From: Macrostomum lignano
Taxonomy: Eukaryota
Direction of reading: 5' to 3'
DNA: 64,000 bases
NCBI GenBank assembly: GCA_002269645.1
Contig: NIVC01000152.1
Location: 248,001-312,000, forward strand
Shown here: piece after piece, positions 61,984 through 64,000 of the stretch
How the letters are laid out: each line of letters begins with the position of its first letter
Numbering within the stretch: position 1 is the stretch's first letter
Program-made: the position numbers and the translations under genes
Notes under the pieces: generated by a model
The model's database searches: none
Told to the model about the DNA's origin: nothing
What the model saw: the letters and a program-made list of their open reading frames with translations, nothing else

Positions 61984-62657
61984 ATGTCGATCGCAGATAG
62001 CTTTGTTGCTGCTTACAAAAAATGCAGTCTTATCACCAAACTGATCGGCGGTTTTCTAATTCTTTTCTACGCCCTTTCATTCTTCAAGGAATCAAAAAAG
62101 CTGCTTGCTATTACTCCAGGCTATTTTATGCCCCCAAACTACTATGTTTGGACATTGTTCACTTTCATATTTTATGATGACCACTGGTATTGTGTAATCA
62201 TTGATATTGTGACTCTCTTTTTCTCGAATACATTGCTTGAACCCCTGTGGGGCCAGAGAGAGCTGATGAAGTATCTACTTATTGTTACCGTAATGAGTGG
62301 TTTGATGTGCTTCTTCCTTTGCTATTTTCTTTATCTGTTTACCTATTCTTTGCAAATAATTTTCAATACCCACATCCATGGAATGATTGCATATGCTGCA
62401 GCTATCACTGTTGCAGTCCGGCAAACTCTGCCAGATGATATCATTTTGTCTCTGCCAATTGCTAATATTAAAAATCAACATCTATCTTTTATCTGTATGT
62501 TAATTGTTATTTGTATGACTTTATTACACTTGGTCAATTTTGTGTATTGCTTTCTATTTATTTCTGGAATTTTGGTATCTTGGACATATTTACGCTTTTA
62601 CCAAAAGCATGGTAATGGCCATCATGGTGATCATTCTGATAGCTTTGAATTTGCAAG
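61984..62657 (+). CDS. TMEM115: TMEM115 (rhomboid-like Golgi membrane protein), first coding exon; the rest lies beyond what I could identify
   Basis: LAITPGYFMPPNYYVWTL, LEPLWG, IHG, SWTYLRFYQKH..GD.SD.F.FA match TMEM115; donor AAG|GTAAGC at 62657/62658. Confidence 0.92.
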
Positions 62658-62944
62658 GTAAGCTATAATATATATACTAATTAATCAGCATAGCCAATAT
62701 ATAAACATTATCATAAAATAGTTTTTGTTTATAGCCTTTTAGTTTTATTTTAAAATATTTTAACAAAATTTTTTATTTTTAATAGTGAAAATTAGCTCTT
62801 TTTATTAGAAAATAAAGGTATATATATTTAAAATATTGTATTTAAATTGCTTAATTATCTAGAGTATTAATACAGTTTTTAATAAAAATATTTTATATTT
62901 ATTTCTACCTGGTATAAAATAGTTAGCATAGATATAACACTTGA

Positions 62945-63480
62945 GGACACTTGCATTGTCATAGCCTTCCAAAAATGACACTAAGCAACACTAATCTCTA
63001 TTGTTGCTAGCACGACACTGACATGCAACACTGCCCTACAACACTAGCCTAGACTGTCGCTGGCATGATATTGACATGTGACACTGCCCTACGACACTGG
63101 CCTAGACTGTTGCCAGCACAACATTGACATGTGACATTGCCCTATGACACTGGCCTGGACTATTGCTGGCACAACATTGACATGCAACACTGCCCTAAGA
63201 CACTAATCTGATACTTATCCAACACTCATCTGACATTTACCTGATACTCATCTAATACTCATCCAATACTCATCCGATATTGCCTGACATGCATCAATCT
63301 GACACTTATCTGACACTACTCGACACTCATCCAACACTGCCCAACACTCATCCAATACTTATCTGACACTCATCAGACACTGCCCAACACTCATCTAACA
63401 CTCATCTGACACTTATCTGACACTGCCAGACACTCATCCAACACTGCCCAACACTCATCCAACACTCATCCGATACTCAT
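62945..63480. repeat. Degenerate CpG-poor tandem repeats (GACATGCAACACTGCCCTA..., ACACTCATCCAACACTGCCCA...) in TMEM115 intron
   Basis: Direct reading; rich in CA/TG and nearly lacking CG. Confidence 0.8.
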
Positions 63481-64000
63481 AGTCTTTGAAGGAAAAGTCA
63501 ACAACTAAAAGAAAGAATAAATTGGCTTATAATGATAAGGTCAGCAGTGAAAACACTGCCTACTAGATTGTCCATTTTAAGATCCAAAACAGCAAGTGGC
63601 TTCAGTTAGCCAGACCCAATTTTCAAACAGTTCCTGATCCAAGGGGGCAGCAGGAATATTCCGTAGGATATGAAGTTACAAGTTCGAATAGCCAAAGGTG
63701 GTAATTCAAAGGCAGCCCTGCATGAAGCCACAATCTTCAAGGGCCCATACTCCACTAAGGGACAATTGAAAGTTGTCTTAAAGTGCTACAGGCAATAGCC
63801 ATTGGTACTGACCATCAACTTGGTGAGTAAGTGCACTTGTTACCCCTTTCTGCAGCAAGACCTTTTGAGTTTGCATGCCAAAATAGAGAAAAACATGCAG
63901 ATGCATGATGAAAAGCGTTGCACTAAACATAGTCTAACTACAAGCTACAAAGCTGAGACAGGAGAAGACTGCAGAGATCTTGCAGTTGCAAGAACAAGCT

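Overview
Eukaryotic (animal) genomic DNA, not prokaryotic. It has GC/CpG-rich spliced exons, and almost every long intron is filled with its own micro- or minisatellite. This architecture resembles the free-living flatworm Macrostomum, but that is inference only. Spliced genes reconstructed by hand with consistent intron phases are: a divergent ionotropic glutamate-receptor-family channel (+, 1008-9872, 12 exons); DEAH helicase DHX35 (+, 16824-24437) with its first coding exon tandemly duplicated and an orphan ~500-aa ORF nested antisense in intron 3; a BTB/Kelch-like gene (+, ~25326-29571); an otopetrin proton channel (+, 31373-34258); a CREBL2/REPTOR-BP-like bZIP factor with a long Q/A-rich tail (-, 42563-37822); glycine decarboxylase GLDC (-, 61403-50598, 11 exons); and, head-to-head with it, the first exon of TMEM115 (+, from 61984). 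Three genes each need one extra base at a short G/C run, most likely long-read indel errors. Mobile elements include tRNA-derived SINEs and two MITE-like families. The most notable observations are tandem arrays built from the exon-intron junction itself (stacks of AG|GT sites in DHX35 and otopetrin), domains of CpG/CpA decay, and an iGluR-like channel with an altered gate and ligand pocket. All counts and alignments were done by eye.
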